The notes below the pieces were generated by a model. The model was not told the origin of the DNA, made no database searches, and saw nothing but the letters and a program-made list of their open reading frames with translations. Positions 15,069 to 31,426 of a stretch of DNA of 64,000 bases are shown piece after piece (position 1 is the stretch's first letter; the number at the start of each line of letters is the position of its first letter). Source of the stretch: the human T2T-CHM13v2.0 reference genome, Homo sapiens; assembly GCF_009914755.1 (NCBI RefSeq), contig NC_060933.1. The stretch is one strand, 5' to 3'. The translations under genes and the position numbers were made by a program.

Positions 15069-15815
15069 CTGGTTGACCACACCATGGGCCCTGGGCAAAT
15101 TGCCAAAGCCTTCCGAGCCACTGTTTTCCACAGGTGAACTGGGACGCCTGCTTATCTCAAAGGTGGGTTGTGGGGATCCACATGAAACAAGGAATAGCCT
15201 CTCATGGTCAGAGGTCAATGGATGCTGCCGTTCTGAGGGTGGCTGCCACCACCTGATGCAGGGTGCGGCTTCCACCATACCCAGGAGCAGCTGGCCTTGG
15301 AAGTGAGCCATGTGACCTGCCTTCCGGGCAGACCCCTAGCGGAGCTGAGCATGGTGGTGGGGTGTCAGCAGGGTGTCTGCTTTGCCAAGTCCTTTGCGGA
15401 CCTGCCCTGAGTTCCTCCACTCTTCCTGGCCAGGGGACTCCAAGCGTGTGGGCGTTGTCAGTAAGTGTCAAGCCTGTGGGCGTTGTCACTAAGTGTCTGC
15501 AAACATCTGTGATTCCTCCCAGACACATCGCTGGCTGGAGAGGGGACGTCGCTCGAGACGTCTGCAGGGTGAGGCAGCCTCGCTGGCAAGGGGCCTGATG
15601 GGCAGCCCTGCGTGGAAGATGTCCCCAGGGAGGACACAGCACTGTCTCCCAACACCCAGAGAATGGCAGGGAGGGGGCTGGACTGGGTCTGTGCAGCGTG
15701 GCCCAAGGTGCAGTGGGGCAAAGGACAACAGGAAATCAGAAAGACAGGTTTTGGCTTTGGAAGAAGGAAACTCTGCTTTACAGGAGGTTGTTCAGAAATG
15801 GAAATGAGCCACCCT

Positions 15816-15845
15816 GAGAGACAGAGAGAGAGAGAGAGAAAGGGG

Positions 15846-15881
<36 letters not shown>

Positions 15882-15892
15882 GAGAGAGAGGG

Positions 15893-15923
<31 letters not shown>

Positions 15924-16749
15924 GAGAAGGGGAGAGAGAGAGAGGGAGAGAGAGAGAGAGAGAGGGAGAGAGAGAGGGAGAGAGAGAGAGAGAGGGAGAG
16001 AGAGAGAGAAGGGAGAGAGAGAGAGAGAGAGAAAGGGGGAGAGAGACAGAGAGAGAGAAAGGGGGAGAGAGACAGAGAGAAAGGGAGAGAGAGAGAGAGG
16101 GAGAGAGAGAGAGAGAGAAAAAGGGGGAGAGAGAGAGAGAGAGAGAGAAAGGGGGAGAGAGACAGAGAGAAAGGGAGAGAGAGAGAGAGGGAGAGAGAGA
16201 GAGAGGGAGAGAGAGAGAGGGAGAGGGAGAGAGAGGGAGAGAGAGAGAGAAAGAGGGAGAGAGAGAGGGAGAGAGAGAGAAAGAGGGAGAGAGAGAGGGA
16301 GAGAGAGGGAGAGAGAGAGAAAGAGAGAGGGAGAGAGAGAAAGAGAGAGAAAGAGAGAGGGAGAGAGAGAGGGAGAGAGAGGGAGAGAGAGGGAGAGAGA
16401 GAGGGAGAGAGGGAGAGAGAGAGGGAGAGAGAGGGAGAGAGAGGGAGAGAGGGAGGGAGAGAGGGAGAGAGAGAGAGGGAGACAGAGAGGGAGAGAGAGA
16501 GGGAGAGAGAGAGAGACAGAGAGGGAGAGAGGGAGAGGGAGAGAGAGAGGGAGAGGGAGAGAGAAGGAGAGAGAGAGGGGGAGAGAGAGGGAGAGAGAGA
16601 GAGAGAGGGAGAGAGAGAGAGAGAGGGAGAGAGGGAGAGAGGGAGAGAGAGAGGGAGAGGGAGAGAGAGAGGGAGAGGGAGAGAGAGAGAAGGAGAGAGA
16701 GAGAGGGTGAGAGAGAGAGAGAGAAAGGGAGGGCAGGAGGGAGGGAGAG
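15816..16749. repeat. About 930-bp (GA)n/(GGA) polypurine tract
   Basis: Almost exclusively G/A on the + strand. Confidence 0.98.
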
Positions 16750-17823
16750 TTCCCTGTCACTGTGGGAGGTGCTGAATGGCACTGGGCAGAAATAACAGAG
16801 TCAGGGTCCACCCTTTGCATAGGTTGTGTCCGTGCGGATGTCCCATGGATGGTCATTGGCCCACCCTCCATCCTGTGCCTCGCAAGAACCCAGGCACAGG
16901 GCAGTTCTATCAGTGGGGCAGATCAGCCTGCCCTGAGCTTTGGCCGCGGTGGGGAAGCTTGTTTTTAGATTTTTCTTCGAAGACACTCTTTTGGAGCCAT
17001 AGCAACAGAGGAGCGTGAGTTTGGCCTCGGCTCAGGTCATAGGTGGAAGTTTCTGCTGCCCTTCGGCGCTCCAGGGCACCGTGGTGAGGACAGTGGATCC
17101 TGCGGCCCCCAGGCTTCATCCTCCCCTTTCTTTTGTTTCAAGGAGGGGCTCCGTGGCTCAGGGGGTTTGAAAAGCACCGTTTTCGAGATGGGTGTCATGA
17201 AGAGGGTGCCCAGAAAAAACGTCCTGGCATTTGATTCTCACAGGCTCTCTGGAAGGTTCCCATTTCGGGAAGGAGCATGCTGAGGCCTGGAGTCTGGTCA
17301 CGGTCACGTCACCCCAGGGAGGCACTGAGCTGGGACTTGGATTCCAGTCTCTCTTGACCAAGGCCTGCCGCGTTTCCACTCCGTGACGAGGAGCGAATGA
17401 ATAACCAGGCACTTGGCGATGGTCTGCAAGTCCCCAGCCCCGCACCTCCCTGGGCCCCAGAGCGGGTGTCTCTGAGGCTTGGAACATTCCAAGCAGACCT
17501 GGCCGGGAAGCCAGCCTCCCCCTCAGAGAAGGCTAAAGGCTGCACGGCCCAGCTCTGGCGGGAGAGGAACCGTGATTGCAGCCTGGCTCGTCCTTTACGG
17601 AAAAAAGAAAAAATCCCCTTGTCGGCTGCTTCCCAGGCTGTTTCGTTCCATCCAGCGCTGGGGCTTGGAGAGGCAGGAGCCGCTGGCCTGCAGACACACG
17701 CCGCCGGGCGGCTGGGTTCTCTGGATATGGGGAAACCGATTTCCTTCTGGGGGAACTGGCAGCTGCAGCCAAGACCGTTCCATGATGCCCGTCATCCCGG
17801 AAGGCTGGGTCTGTCTCCCGTGG

Positions 17824-17824
<1 letters not shown>

Positions 17825-17860
<36 letters not shown>
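17825..17860. repeat. (CA)18 microsatellite
   Basis: Perfect dinucleotide run. Confidence 0.97.
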
Positions 17861-17861
<1 letters not shown>

Positions 17862-18089
17862 CCACAGCAGAAGCAGCAAACCCTAACCCCACCCCAAGGC
17901 CGTTCCCACTGCTGCCGGCTCTCCCAGAATCATCCTGCTCCTGGGCAGGGAGCTGGGCCTGTGTGGCAGTTCGGTACCAGGCAAGGGTGCAGGGGCGAGG
18001 ACGAAAGAAGCAGAAGGTGGAGATGTGGTCAAGGAAGTGGCACTGCTAGGTGAGGGCTGCCTGTCACCCACTGTCCCCCAGTGGGATTA

Positions 18090-18656
<567 letters not shown>

Positions 18657-18856
18657 TCAAAGCCCGGACTCCGTGACATGGGAACTGGGAGCCCAGCTGG
18701 GTTGGGTGGGGCGGGGTGGGGGTGCAAAGAGAAGAGCTCAGACCCGCACAGCTCAGACCCACAGTGCTGCCCTCATGCCACAGTTGCACAAGCTGTGACT
18801 GATCCCCAAGCCAGAAAGCTGAGCTGAGAGGTCAGGTGACTTGCCCCAAGTCCTGA

Positions 18857-19372
<516 letters not shown>

Positions 19373-19982
19373 TAAACTCAAGGGATTATTCCCAAGATTC
19401 CATGCCTATTGGCTGTCCCTTGGATGTGGGTGGAGGCCTATTTTCTTGACCTTTGGGCCTCGTCTCCTGCCTTGTGGATGCAGTCAGTCTGAGCTGAGTG
19501 CATCCTACACCTAGTGACAAGTGGGGTCCCCAGATGAGCCTGAGGGTGCCGGCCTCCCCCGACAAGGATCACACACTCCTCGGAGGCTGAGCCCTCCTGC
19601 TCCCCGCACACGGCCACACTGCCTCTTCTTTTCTGGACTCCTCCATCTGGGGCCTCCCACTTCCTGCACGTTTGCTCCTTTCTGGGAAGGGCAGAATGCC
19701 CAAGGTCCCCAGAATGCTGCTAAGGCTGGCCCGGGGGTGGGGTCCAGCAGGCCCTGTCCTTCCCCTCAGAGCCCATCAGCTTTGGACCTCTTATTCCAAG
19801 TCTATCTGCCTGGAAGACTTCCGGGTCTCACTCATAACCCCTCCCAGCTCAAGCTAAGGGGAAGGAGAGGTCTTTCCCCAGCACGCTGGCCATGCCCCCT
19901 TTCTGGACACAGATCCAGAAATGTGCCTTCTGCTCACTTCCACCCTTGCCAGAATCCTGTGGGCGCACAGCCACCTGTGTGA

Positions 19983-20782
<800 letters not shown>

Positions 20783-20944
20783 TGAGGGGACCCAGAGCTT
20801 TGCCTTGATGTGCCTCAGTTTCCATTTTTTTCCGAGGCAAGGGTGTGAGGTCAAGAATGTCCAACCAGCCTTCTCCCATGTTATTATAGGAATCAAAACT
20901 TCTCTCCAAACACGTGGCCAGCATCACCTTCCCTCTATCACCTG

Positions 20945-21120
20945 TTTATCTCTCTGTATCTCTCTCTGCCTTTGTCTCCCTGTGTGTGTCTGTGTCTCTG
21001 TTCCTCTGTTGGTCTGTCTCTGTCTCCCCGTCTCTGTTTGTCTCCGAGTCTCTCTGTCTGTCTCCCCATCTCTGTCTCTCTGTGTCTGTCTTTGTCTCTT
21101 TCCCTGTCTCTGTCTCTCTC
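20945..21120. repeat. (TCTCTG)-like CT-rich low-complexity tract
   Basis: Direct reading. Confidence 0.85.
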
Positions 21121-21242
21121 ATCGAGAGAGATGCTCAGATGCTAGCTGGGGTCGCCTCTGGGTGGTGGGTGCACAGATGATCTTTTTAAGTGTGCTTTTC
21201 TCTGTGTGCTTTTCATCAAGCATGCATTATTTCTGTAATTAG

Positions 21243-21704
<462 letters not shown>

Positions 21705-21942
21705 TAATTTAGAATACAAAAGGCTTAAAAGGTAGGAAAACACCTTACAAGTCCCCAAATCTCAATTTTGCATGGCTCAGTGGTACGTGCAGAATTGGCA
21801 TTGCCCCCAGCCTGGGCCCCCAAGTCCCTGGGACGCAGAAAGCTAGGGACAGGGGTTGTTTTGGCTGCCTGCTCCTGGCCCAGGGGCCTTTGCGACCTCT
21901 GATCGTGACCAGTGTGTCTTCCGCACCCACCTGTCATCGTCA

Positions 21943-22573
<631 letters not shown>

Positions 22574-25500
22574 TAAGTGCTTCCTGCTCCTCCCTCCCTG
22601 ACAGCCTCTGTGAGGGCTTTCCTTCCCGGGAAAGCTTCTCAACTCCACCACGTCAGCTGGTGCGAGAGCCAGCACCTCCAGGAAGCCTTCTCTGATCTTG
22701 TCCCTGGGATCCCTACGGCACTCGTCCTGGGCCTTTTTGGGCCCGGGAACTCCGGCCTCGAATTGTGGCCTCTAAGTTGCATGTTTGGCAGCCCATGTGC
22801 CGGACACCGCGGGACAGACAGACCCCAGGTGGGCGGGGGGAGCAGATTGGGCTGAGGCAGACACAGGCTTGGCCCTCTGGGAGCCACAGCCAAGGCAGCC
22901 GCTTGGAATTTAGGGAGACAGTAATAGACATGCACCCCCATGTCAGGACACCGGCGGGGCCAGAGGGAAGGGCAGTACGTCTCCTGCACGGGTCTGGCCC
23001 CTCCGAGATTCTTTGACTCTTGGGCCCCCAGAATGCCCCAGCGTCAGGATGTGAGGCAGGACTATGCTGAGATCGCGGTTCTCTTTGTAGAGGGGAGGAG
23101 AGCCCTCCCACCCTGAGGCCCTGAGGCACGTGTGGCAACCCTCACCCAGTTCTTTGCCTGAAGGGTCTCCTCTCTCCCAATAGTGCCATGAGGAGAGGTT
23201 CTTTTCCCCATTCCTCAGAGGTTCAGGGAGCTCTCTGGCCCACTCGGGGTCCCACAGTTACTGGGGGCTGTAGCAGACATTGGAGGCCAGGCCTGTCCAT
23301 GGCACTAGAGTGAAACCCAGGTGGGGTGTGGCATCTGCAAGGGAAGGGGGGCCTGAACCAGCTCATCCCAAGGGGCCCTGGGCAGGGAGCCCCGAGGTGG
23401 GTGGGCAGCCCTGGTTTCACAGAGGGGGTGGCAAACTGGGTGCCCCCTCGCCCCCAGTTGTCTTGCAGAGCAAACAGGTTGCTTTCACCTCTCCTGCTGT
23501 TTTCCCCTTCTGCTGCACTTCCTGTGGGGCCTCCGGGTGACTCCAGAGCCTCGCCATGTGCCAGTGGGTGCCCCTCTGCCTTCTGGGCCCCACGGAGGCA
23601 GCCCTGTCTAGACTCCAGCTTGAGTAACTCACATCAGCTGTGACACATCAGCCATCCGTGCCCCTTTCACAGCAGCGCCAGCCCTGGCCCCAGACCCAGC
23701 CGCCTCACACCTGGCAATGCCATGAGCTTCTGAGAGGGGGACCTGGGGGTGTCCAGAGGGTATCTGGGAATCACTGGGCAGGTGCTTCCATAGCCAGGCT
23801 GTTTACCTGGGGTCTCCAGCTACCTCTGCCCTCAGTTTCCTGATGGGCCAACTCTGAATACCCAGGCGACAAAATGGGGGTGTCAGACGGAACTCAGAGC
23901 CTGGAACGTTCATGGTGAAGTGCCCAGGTGTGTATCAGGCCCTGGCGCCCGAGGGCTCCAAGTCTTGGTTGCTGTGGCGGGTGGATGCAAGATCCTAAAC
24001 CTTATGAGTTCAAGGCAGAGAGTCCAAGAGTCTGTGAGGAGCGAGCTGGGGACCCCAGTGCGGCCCTGCTCAGAGATTGGGGTCCAGGCCCCGGGCCCTT
24101 GCCAGGTCCCAGGCTCTTCGTGCACGCTTGGTGGTGTCTGGCCTCCACCCTGCCCCGCCACCCCCCACCCCCCACCCCGCCCCAGGGCCTCTGCCTGCCC
24201 TGTAGCACACATGCTTGTTCAGGAGGGAGAACACACACTCACTCATTCCCTGTTGCCCACCAAAGGACCCCCGAGTGAGGAGGGGAAAGGCTGAGGGTGG
24301 GCCTGGGGCTTCCCAGGGGAGGCCTGGGCAGAGCCAGGGCCTGAAGGGTGAGCCGGCTTTTGCCGGGAGTCAGCTGGAGAGACCACGGCGTGCCGGGCCC
24401 TGAAGCCTCCTTCTGGAAAGGCTAAGCCCGGTGGGAGGGAGAGTGGGAAGGGGCAGGGAGGCTGACTGGGGTTCCAGGGCCCCAGGGAGCCAGCCCAGGT
24501 CTGTAGTTTGGGAAGAGCACTAGCTTCAGATGGGGGGGCCACTGTGGGGCCAGGAAACACGGACCCACTAGGTGCAGGTACCTTGCTGGGTGATGAGCCA
24601 TGGCACGGGGGGAGCCATGAAGCGATGAAGCGGGGACCCCAGAAGGACAGCCTGGGGTGCTGGGGAGGAGCATCCCCCTAGCCCTGATGAGGAGGTGGCA
24701 GGGCCAGACGAGGTGCAGCTGGCACAGACGGCTGGTGGGCGCGTGGACTCCTTCTTCCTGGTGGCTGCCCCCCGATGCCGGTGCATAGCGGCGGCTCAGT
24801 CAGTGTTTGTTGCCCCAGCTGCCCAGTCCCATCCACTCCCCAGGGGCAGAGGAGCTGGCACCAGGGCTGGCCGGGAATGTGCTGCTCTCCAGAGGCACGT
24901 CCAGAGGCTCCTCAGGGCCCTGCCAAAGGCTGATTGTCCTCACGCCGTCAGCGCCAAGCCAGCCTCTCCTCGCCTGCAGACGGTGCCAGCCCCCACCCCC
25001 TGGCTCGGAGCAGGCAGGCAGGCAGCAGTCTTTCTGCCAAGTCTTAATCGGTCTTCCTTGCTCCTTTGCAAACAGAAGTGGAGAGTGGGTCCCAGGGCCA
25101 GGGCCTCCCACCCCACCCATCTCAGAGGACAGAGGGCTCAGGTCCCAGACGTGCCTGGATGATGTGGGGTCACCCACATTGGGGGGAGTGTGAGGGAGCC
25201 ACCGCCTGTGGGATCTTGGCAGGAGGACAGCAGGGTGACTGGGGCCAGCAGATGTCTCTGGTGTTCTGGGGAGCTCAGCGGGGTTTTCCAAGGGGAACAT
25301 CTGGACGGGGAGCCACTGGAGGGGGTGGTGACTTCGCGAGATGCATTTGATCGGCCCACAACAAACAGTCTGCACCACAGACCCAGGAAAGCTGGGGCCA
25401 GAGGACCCTCAGGGAGATGGGAGAGGAGGGACCACCCCTCACTGTGCATCTGGGGAGACTGAGGCAGCCCTGCGTGGGGAGAGAATCAGATCCTCCTGAC

Positions 25501-25575
25501 TGCCAGCTAGTGCCTGGACCCCCTGGGAAATGAGAGAGGAGGGACCACCCCTCACTGTGGATCTGGGGAGACTGA

Positions 25576-26046
<471 letters not shown>

Positions 26047-26696
26047 TGAGCAGACATTGCTCACCTTGATGGCGAGCCTGGGAACCAGCTTGAGAGACCA
26101 AGCTGTGCAGGGAGTGGGGGCTCCCTCCCGGCATGGCCGAGCCCCACTGGGAGGGGAGAGAGGGAAGGGGAATGGGGGAGGCCTGACTGGGGCTCCATGG
26201 CCCCAGGGAGCCATGCTGAGACCTGTACTTTGGGAAAAGGGTCAGCTTCAGATGGCAGGGCCACTGTGGGGCCAAGACCTGAATCCAGGATGACTCAGCT
26301 GGAGTGGCCAGGGGCTGGCACACAGGGGGCAGGGAGGGGAGCAGCTGAAGCAGGGCCTGGGCACCTGGAGGAGGGACAGGGTGCCAGGTGCAGGGCACGT
26401 GATGAGTTATGCTTTGGATACATTGAGTGGTGGACGGGGGGCCCCTGTGGAACCCTTGGGGATGCTTAGGCCTCTGGGTGTGACATCTGTAGCTCCTTTA
26501 GGCATCACTCCTCTTGGGACACAGATCAAATCACCTGGCATGATCTGGGACAGCGACATCTTGGGGACAGAGATGGGCCAGGAAGGAGGGGGCAGAGAGC
26601 TAGAGATGGAGACCCACCACGGGGTGGGAGGCCCACTGCCCCTGGAAAACGGCACGTGGGGGTCCCTGGGGTTTTCGCCCCTTGGCCACCTCCTGA

Positions 26697-26849
<153 letters not shown>

Positions 26850-27500
26850 GCCCGGCAGCTGCAGCCCCTTCCAGATGAAGACCAAGCGCCCCTCCTGGGG
26901 CTGCTGCAGCTTCTGGGGCCTCCACAGACCCCCCTCCTGCGGGGCACGCTGGCCTAAGAGACGTGGCACTGAGCCTCGGCTGTCGAGAGGGGACTTCCCA
27001 CGGCCCGTGGACCTTTGTGCTCCTGGGGCAGAGCCTCCGGCACCCAGTGGCCTCCCCCAGACAGAGCCACCCCTGCCGTGGGAACCTGTCCGTGTTCCTG
27101 CGTGGATCCTGTGTTTGTGGCTCCCACTCCCCAGCCCCCAGCAGCCCCCAGCCGAGGGGCCCAGGGCCCACAGCCAGCGGTGGAGGTGTCTTGCTCCGGG
27201 CCCGTAGCCCACGCCCTCTCTGGGTGGCAGGGCCTTCTGAAGGAAACTTGCAGGCGAGCCCAACGTGGTGGGGGGCCTTCCTCCCTCAGAGGCCATGGGG
27301 TGAGAGGGGCTCAGGCAGCCAAGGAGGCCCAGGCGTGCTCCCTCTTATGGAGCCCCTCCCATGGAGCTCTCTTCCCGCCGCACTTTCTACCCCGGGCAGA
27401 GGCGCTTGCCCACGGGACGTTTGGGGATGGACCTCGGCCCCCGCCCCTGCAGTCAGCGTCAGTGCTCATCTACGTTAATAAAGTGGTCCTATTTATGGCG
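26850..27500 (+). other. ADAMTSL2: ADAMTSL2 3' UTR (end approximate)
   Basis: Lies between the stop codon and AATAAA at 27477. Confidence 0.85.
27477..27482 (+). terminator. ADAMTSL2: ADAMTSL2 polyadenylation signal AATAAA
   Basis: First AATAAA about 630 nt after the stop, followed by G/U-rich sequence. Confidence 0.85.
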
Positions 27501-29064
27501 GCATCATGGGGTCTCAGTTGCCTCTGGCTGGAGAAGTGGGTGGCCTGGGGATTGGAGGGCCCAGGCCTGGCTGTGTGGGGTCCCTCCAGCTCACTGAGGC
27601 CTCAGGGGCAGGGGTGGGCTGTGGGGGACCACAGCACCTGCTCTGAGGAGAAAGACAGACGCAGATAAAAGGCAACGAGAGGCGTGGGGAGTGTGCAGGG
27701 AGGGCGTCTGGGGACACTGGGACTCAGGCGCTGGAGTAGGAGTGGACATCTCGAGCCCATCAGCAACTGGTACAGGACCTGTGGGGGCAGGGGGCAGGGA
27801 CCTTGGCTAAGGTGTACGGCACCCACCTCCAAGTGCGTGGGCAAGAACAGAGGAGATGAGGCAGGTGTTGGGGGCGCGGGGCTGGGCCCACCTTGAGCCT
27901 CAGGAAACAGCACCGTCACTGCCGCTCCTGGAGCTCATGGAGGGCTTCCTGACCCGGACTTGTGGGTGCAGGAACGCAGGGGCTTCTGGGGAGGGGCTGC
28001 TTGGTTGACCCAGCAGCAGGAGTGGCTTTTCCCAGACAAGAGGGCAGCAAAGAGCACTCAGGAGAGGAAAAGTGACACAGCTGGAGGACGCTGCATGGGA
28101 GGAAGGACGGGGCTGTACCGCCCGGAGAGGGCCCCAGGAGGTGTCTCTGAGCACGCAGGCAGTCGGGAGGTGAGTGGCTGCCGGGCTGCTTCCTCGATGT
28201 GAGGCCAGCTTGTTCTCAGACTGGGAGCCACAGCAGCGTCCATCACAGCTTTAGGGGGGCTTCTGAAGGACTTGGGGCTCTGGGGAAACTAAGGCAGCAC
28301 CCCCCCCCCAGTGTGTTCTTGCCTCTGAGTGTGCCTGCACGCGTGTGCACTGAGGCGCTGCAATCAGGATGGTCCTTTCAATCCCTAAAGTCCAGGAATT
28401 AAGAGGCCCCTGGGATGGACTTGCTCAAGGTCACCAGCTTGGGCCGGACAGAACCGAGTCCTGAGACCCCGGGGTCTGAGGCCTCTCTGCCCACCTCACC
28501 CTGTGCCCGCCCTCACCTCGCTGTTCTTCTCTCCTCCTGTGTCCCCCAACCCACATCTTCTTCCTGTCTTACTGTTTCCTCCCGGCTTCTCCTTTCTGCC
28601 AACATTTATTATACACTTACTGTATGCCAGGTTCTGTGCCCAGCACCTCCTCGGTGCTGCCTGGATTTATCTTCCAAAGGTCCCCACGATATAGGCATCG
28701 CGATTACCCCATTGTGTGGAGGCTAAAACTGAGGCCCAGAGATGCTCTGTCACTTGTCCCAGGGGACCCAGCCTGTTTTTCCCCCCGCCCACAACCCTCT
28801 GTCCAGGGGTTCAGAGTCCACTCTGGTAGTTCTCAATGCTGGAAGATGGATAGCCACCGGGAAACTCAAAATCAAACGTGGCCCACTGCTGTGCCCCCAA
28901 GCCAGAGAGGAGCTCTCGGCCCCGCCGGGCAGAGCCCTGGCCTGACTGGCTGCATCCGGAAGGAGAAGCTGACTCTGCCTCCTGCGGGGTGGGAGGAAGC
29001 CCCTCCCAGAAGGTTGAAGAGCGTGGGTGTGGACGGCCTGGACACCCGGGAGGACGGAAGACGC

Positions 29065-31018
29065 TGCACGAGAGTGTGGGAGATGTTTTATTGGCTTTCA
29101 CTTTCCTCAGGGAGCCAGCGGCTCCCCCAGCAGGTCCCCACGGTGGAGCCGAGTGAGCTGGGAGGGATGGGTGCTTGCTTCGTTTCAAAGAGATCTACAT
29201 ATCTACAGAGAGGATGGAGACCAGAAAGGAATTGGGAAATGGAATCATGAGGGCCGGGCCCTCATCCCCACCCCACCCAGCCCACCCCCCACGCCAACGC
29301 ATCAGAAACAGACTTCACAGGATGCACAGAGGAAGCCAGAGGTGTGGGCGGGCCCAGGGGGCCGGGGCTGCGAGGGACCTCAAGGGCGAATGCCACTGGC
29401 CTGTCCAAACCAGGCAGGAGAGAAAGTAAGAGGAGGAAAACAATTGAGAACATAACGATTGTGTCTTCGTCAGCCGTTCCCCCGACGCCTCTGGAAACTG
29501 GCGATTTCGTTTTTGAGTAAGGGCAAGAAGTGTCCTGCTCAAGCCACCCCTCCACTCAGGGAAGGCCACTGCCCGGCCAAGCCTTGTCTTTGAGGACGGT
29601 GCCTTCCCTGGGCAGAGAGGGGCTGCCCCGGCCCTGGGGCTCCATGGCAGGGCACAAAAGGAGAGGCAGAGCCCCAGAGAGGGAAGGGGGCTCCTGGGGC
29701 CAGGCTGCTGAGAGGAAATAATTGCCTCTTTCTGGGTGAGGAAGAGCTGCCTTCCTGATGGCTGGTGTCCTGGGATGTGGGGCATTTCTCTGGGGTAGCC
29801 ATTGACGTCATTTCCTTAGCAGCAGGAGAGCGGGTGAGAATTCCCAGGAGACCTCAGCCTGGGTGGGCGCTTGGTGGAAAGTGGGCTCAGATGAGGTCTT
29901 CAGATGGCAGCAGTAGGCTCTGGCTGCTTGGGGTCCACCAGGAGCTGGGCCAGGCCTCCTGGGTCCTGCTGAGAAGCAGGTAGGGGAGGTGACCTGCAGC
30001 TCTGTCTCCCTTGGGGATCTCAGTTCCTGTTGAGACTCACAGCCTGAAGACCTCTGTCCTCAGGGTCTCTCCTCATCACACAAGATGGGGAGACTGAGGC
30101 CCAGGGGTGGGAAGGGCCAGCCAAGTCTCATGGGGAACTCGGGGGTTTTCAACCCCTGGGCCATGGCTCTGCCCACCCTGACGAGCCCCGGGCTGCCTCC
30201 GTTCACTGCCGCTTGCTGGCCCTGTTTCTGGCTGAGCACTGGGTCTATACATTTCCGCGTTGCCTCTCCCACGGCAGGGGGACTGCGACATGGCCTCTCC
30301 CTCTCCCCGTGCCTCCCTCTGCCACCAAAAAGCTGGTCAGGGCAGAGCATCCCAAGGGCCCTGATGCCCCTGAAAGTCTCCCTTCTAGGGGGCAGCCGGT
30401 CCATCTTCAGGGAGCTCAGCACGTGTCTCAGCCTAGGCAGACGCTTGGCCCTTGAACCCGGAAGAGTGTGTGTGTGAGAGAGAGGGAGAGACGGGTAGGG
30501 GAGAGAGAGGGAAAAATGGAGAGAAAGAGGCTGGAGTTCAAGGTGGAGGAGCAGAATCCTTGGTCTGCAATTGCCAGGGAGGGCCTTGCTGCAGGGCCCT
30601 GGGCCTCACTGAGGTCATCCCTTCCTTGAGCAGGTGAGAAGGGTGAGACCCAGGGAGGGGGTGACACATGGAGACCTCCTGGGAAGGCCAGGTTGTTGGG
30701 TCTGAGACAGAATCATCAGGAGTAATGGTGGCCTCTGTGCCTGAGAGCCCTGGTGCATGCCCAGCCGGCTGTATGGTCACCTGGTCCTTCTAGCCCCAGG
30801 CCCCAGCTGTGCCTCCCCCCAGGACACATTTGTGTTCAATGAGCCTTATCCCTGCCACGAGCCTGGGGGCTCCCCAAGCCTGGGCCTCCCCTGAGGACAG
30901 GGATTCCAGGAGGGCTCAGCCAAGCCCCACTTGGGGCCTGGGGCCAGGTGGGTGTGCCAAAGGAATCCCCCCATTGTCTCAGGACCTTCAAGGCCAGGAT
31001 CCCGGGGGCGGGCCCAGG
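29065..31018 (-). other. FAM163B: FAM163B 3' UTR (end approximate)
   Basis: Lies between the TGA (31019-31021) and the polyA signal. Confidence 0.7.
29087..29092 (-). terminator. FAM163B: Probable FAM163B polyadenylation signal (AATAAA on - strand)
   Basis: tttatt on + strand about 1.9 kb downstream of the FAM163B stop; the first such hexamer I found in the 3' UTR. Confidence 0.7.
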
Positions 31019-31426
31019 TCACACGTCGGTGCTGATGCTGCGGCTCCTGGCGAAGGCCTCCCGCATGGCTGAGAGGCGGTTGGGGTTGAGCGCCTGCAGG
31101 CCCCCGAAGCCCCCCGGGGGCAGCTCCACGTCCTCCTGGCTCACGCTCTTGTAGAGCACGCGCTCCCCGCCGTTCAGCACGTCCTCTTCCTCCTCCGGCG
31201 GCTCCTGCAGGAAGAAGGTGGGGGGCTCGCAGTGGGAGCAGCTGCGGCAGAGGGCGCGGGCCTGCGGGGACTTCTGGCTGAAGGAGGTGGAGGCGGTGGG
31301 GTAGAGCGCCGGCCCGTTGGTCAGCACCAGGTTGCGGTTGGAGTGCAGCGGGGGCAGGTGCGAGTGAACGGCGAAGTCTGGTTCCTCCTCGTCCTCCTCC
31401 GACTCGTCCTTCTTGCAGCAGTAGTA
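31019..31426 (-). CDS. FAM163B: FAM163B coding exon 2 of 2: YYCCKKDESEEDEEEPDF...REAFARSRSISTDV*
   Basis: ctctgcccgcag| acceptor on - strand; 408 nt including stop; FAM163-family YYCCKK and C-terminal SISTDV (class I PDZ-binding-like). Confidence 0.95.
   Translation of the reverse strand, partial: YYCCKKDESEEDEEEPDFAVHSHLPPLHSNRNLVLTNGPALYPTASTSFSQKSPQARALCRSCSHCEPPTFFLQEPPEEEEDVLNGGERVLYKSVSQEDVELPPGGFGGLQALNPNRLSAMREAFARSRSISTDV

Noticed and set aside
14053-15311. Six long ORFs (229-330 aa) over the 45-bp VNTR
   Set aside because: Stop-free GC-rich tandem repeat open in all frames; no splice or domain support
15612-16871. 387-aa RE-rich ORF and SL-rich antisense ORFs
   Set aside because: Translation of the (GA)n tract
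28605-28610. Second AATAAA on the - strand
   Set aside because: Within an L2/MIR-like fragment and distal to the better site at 29087
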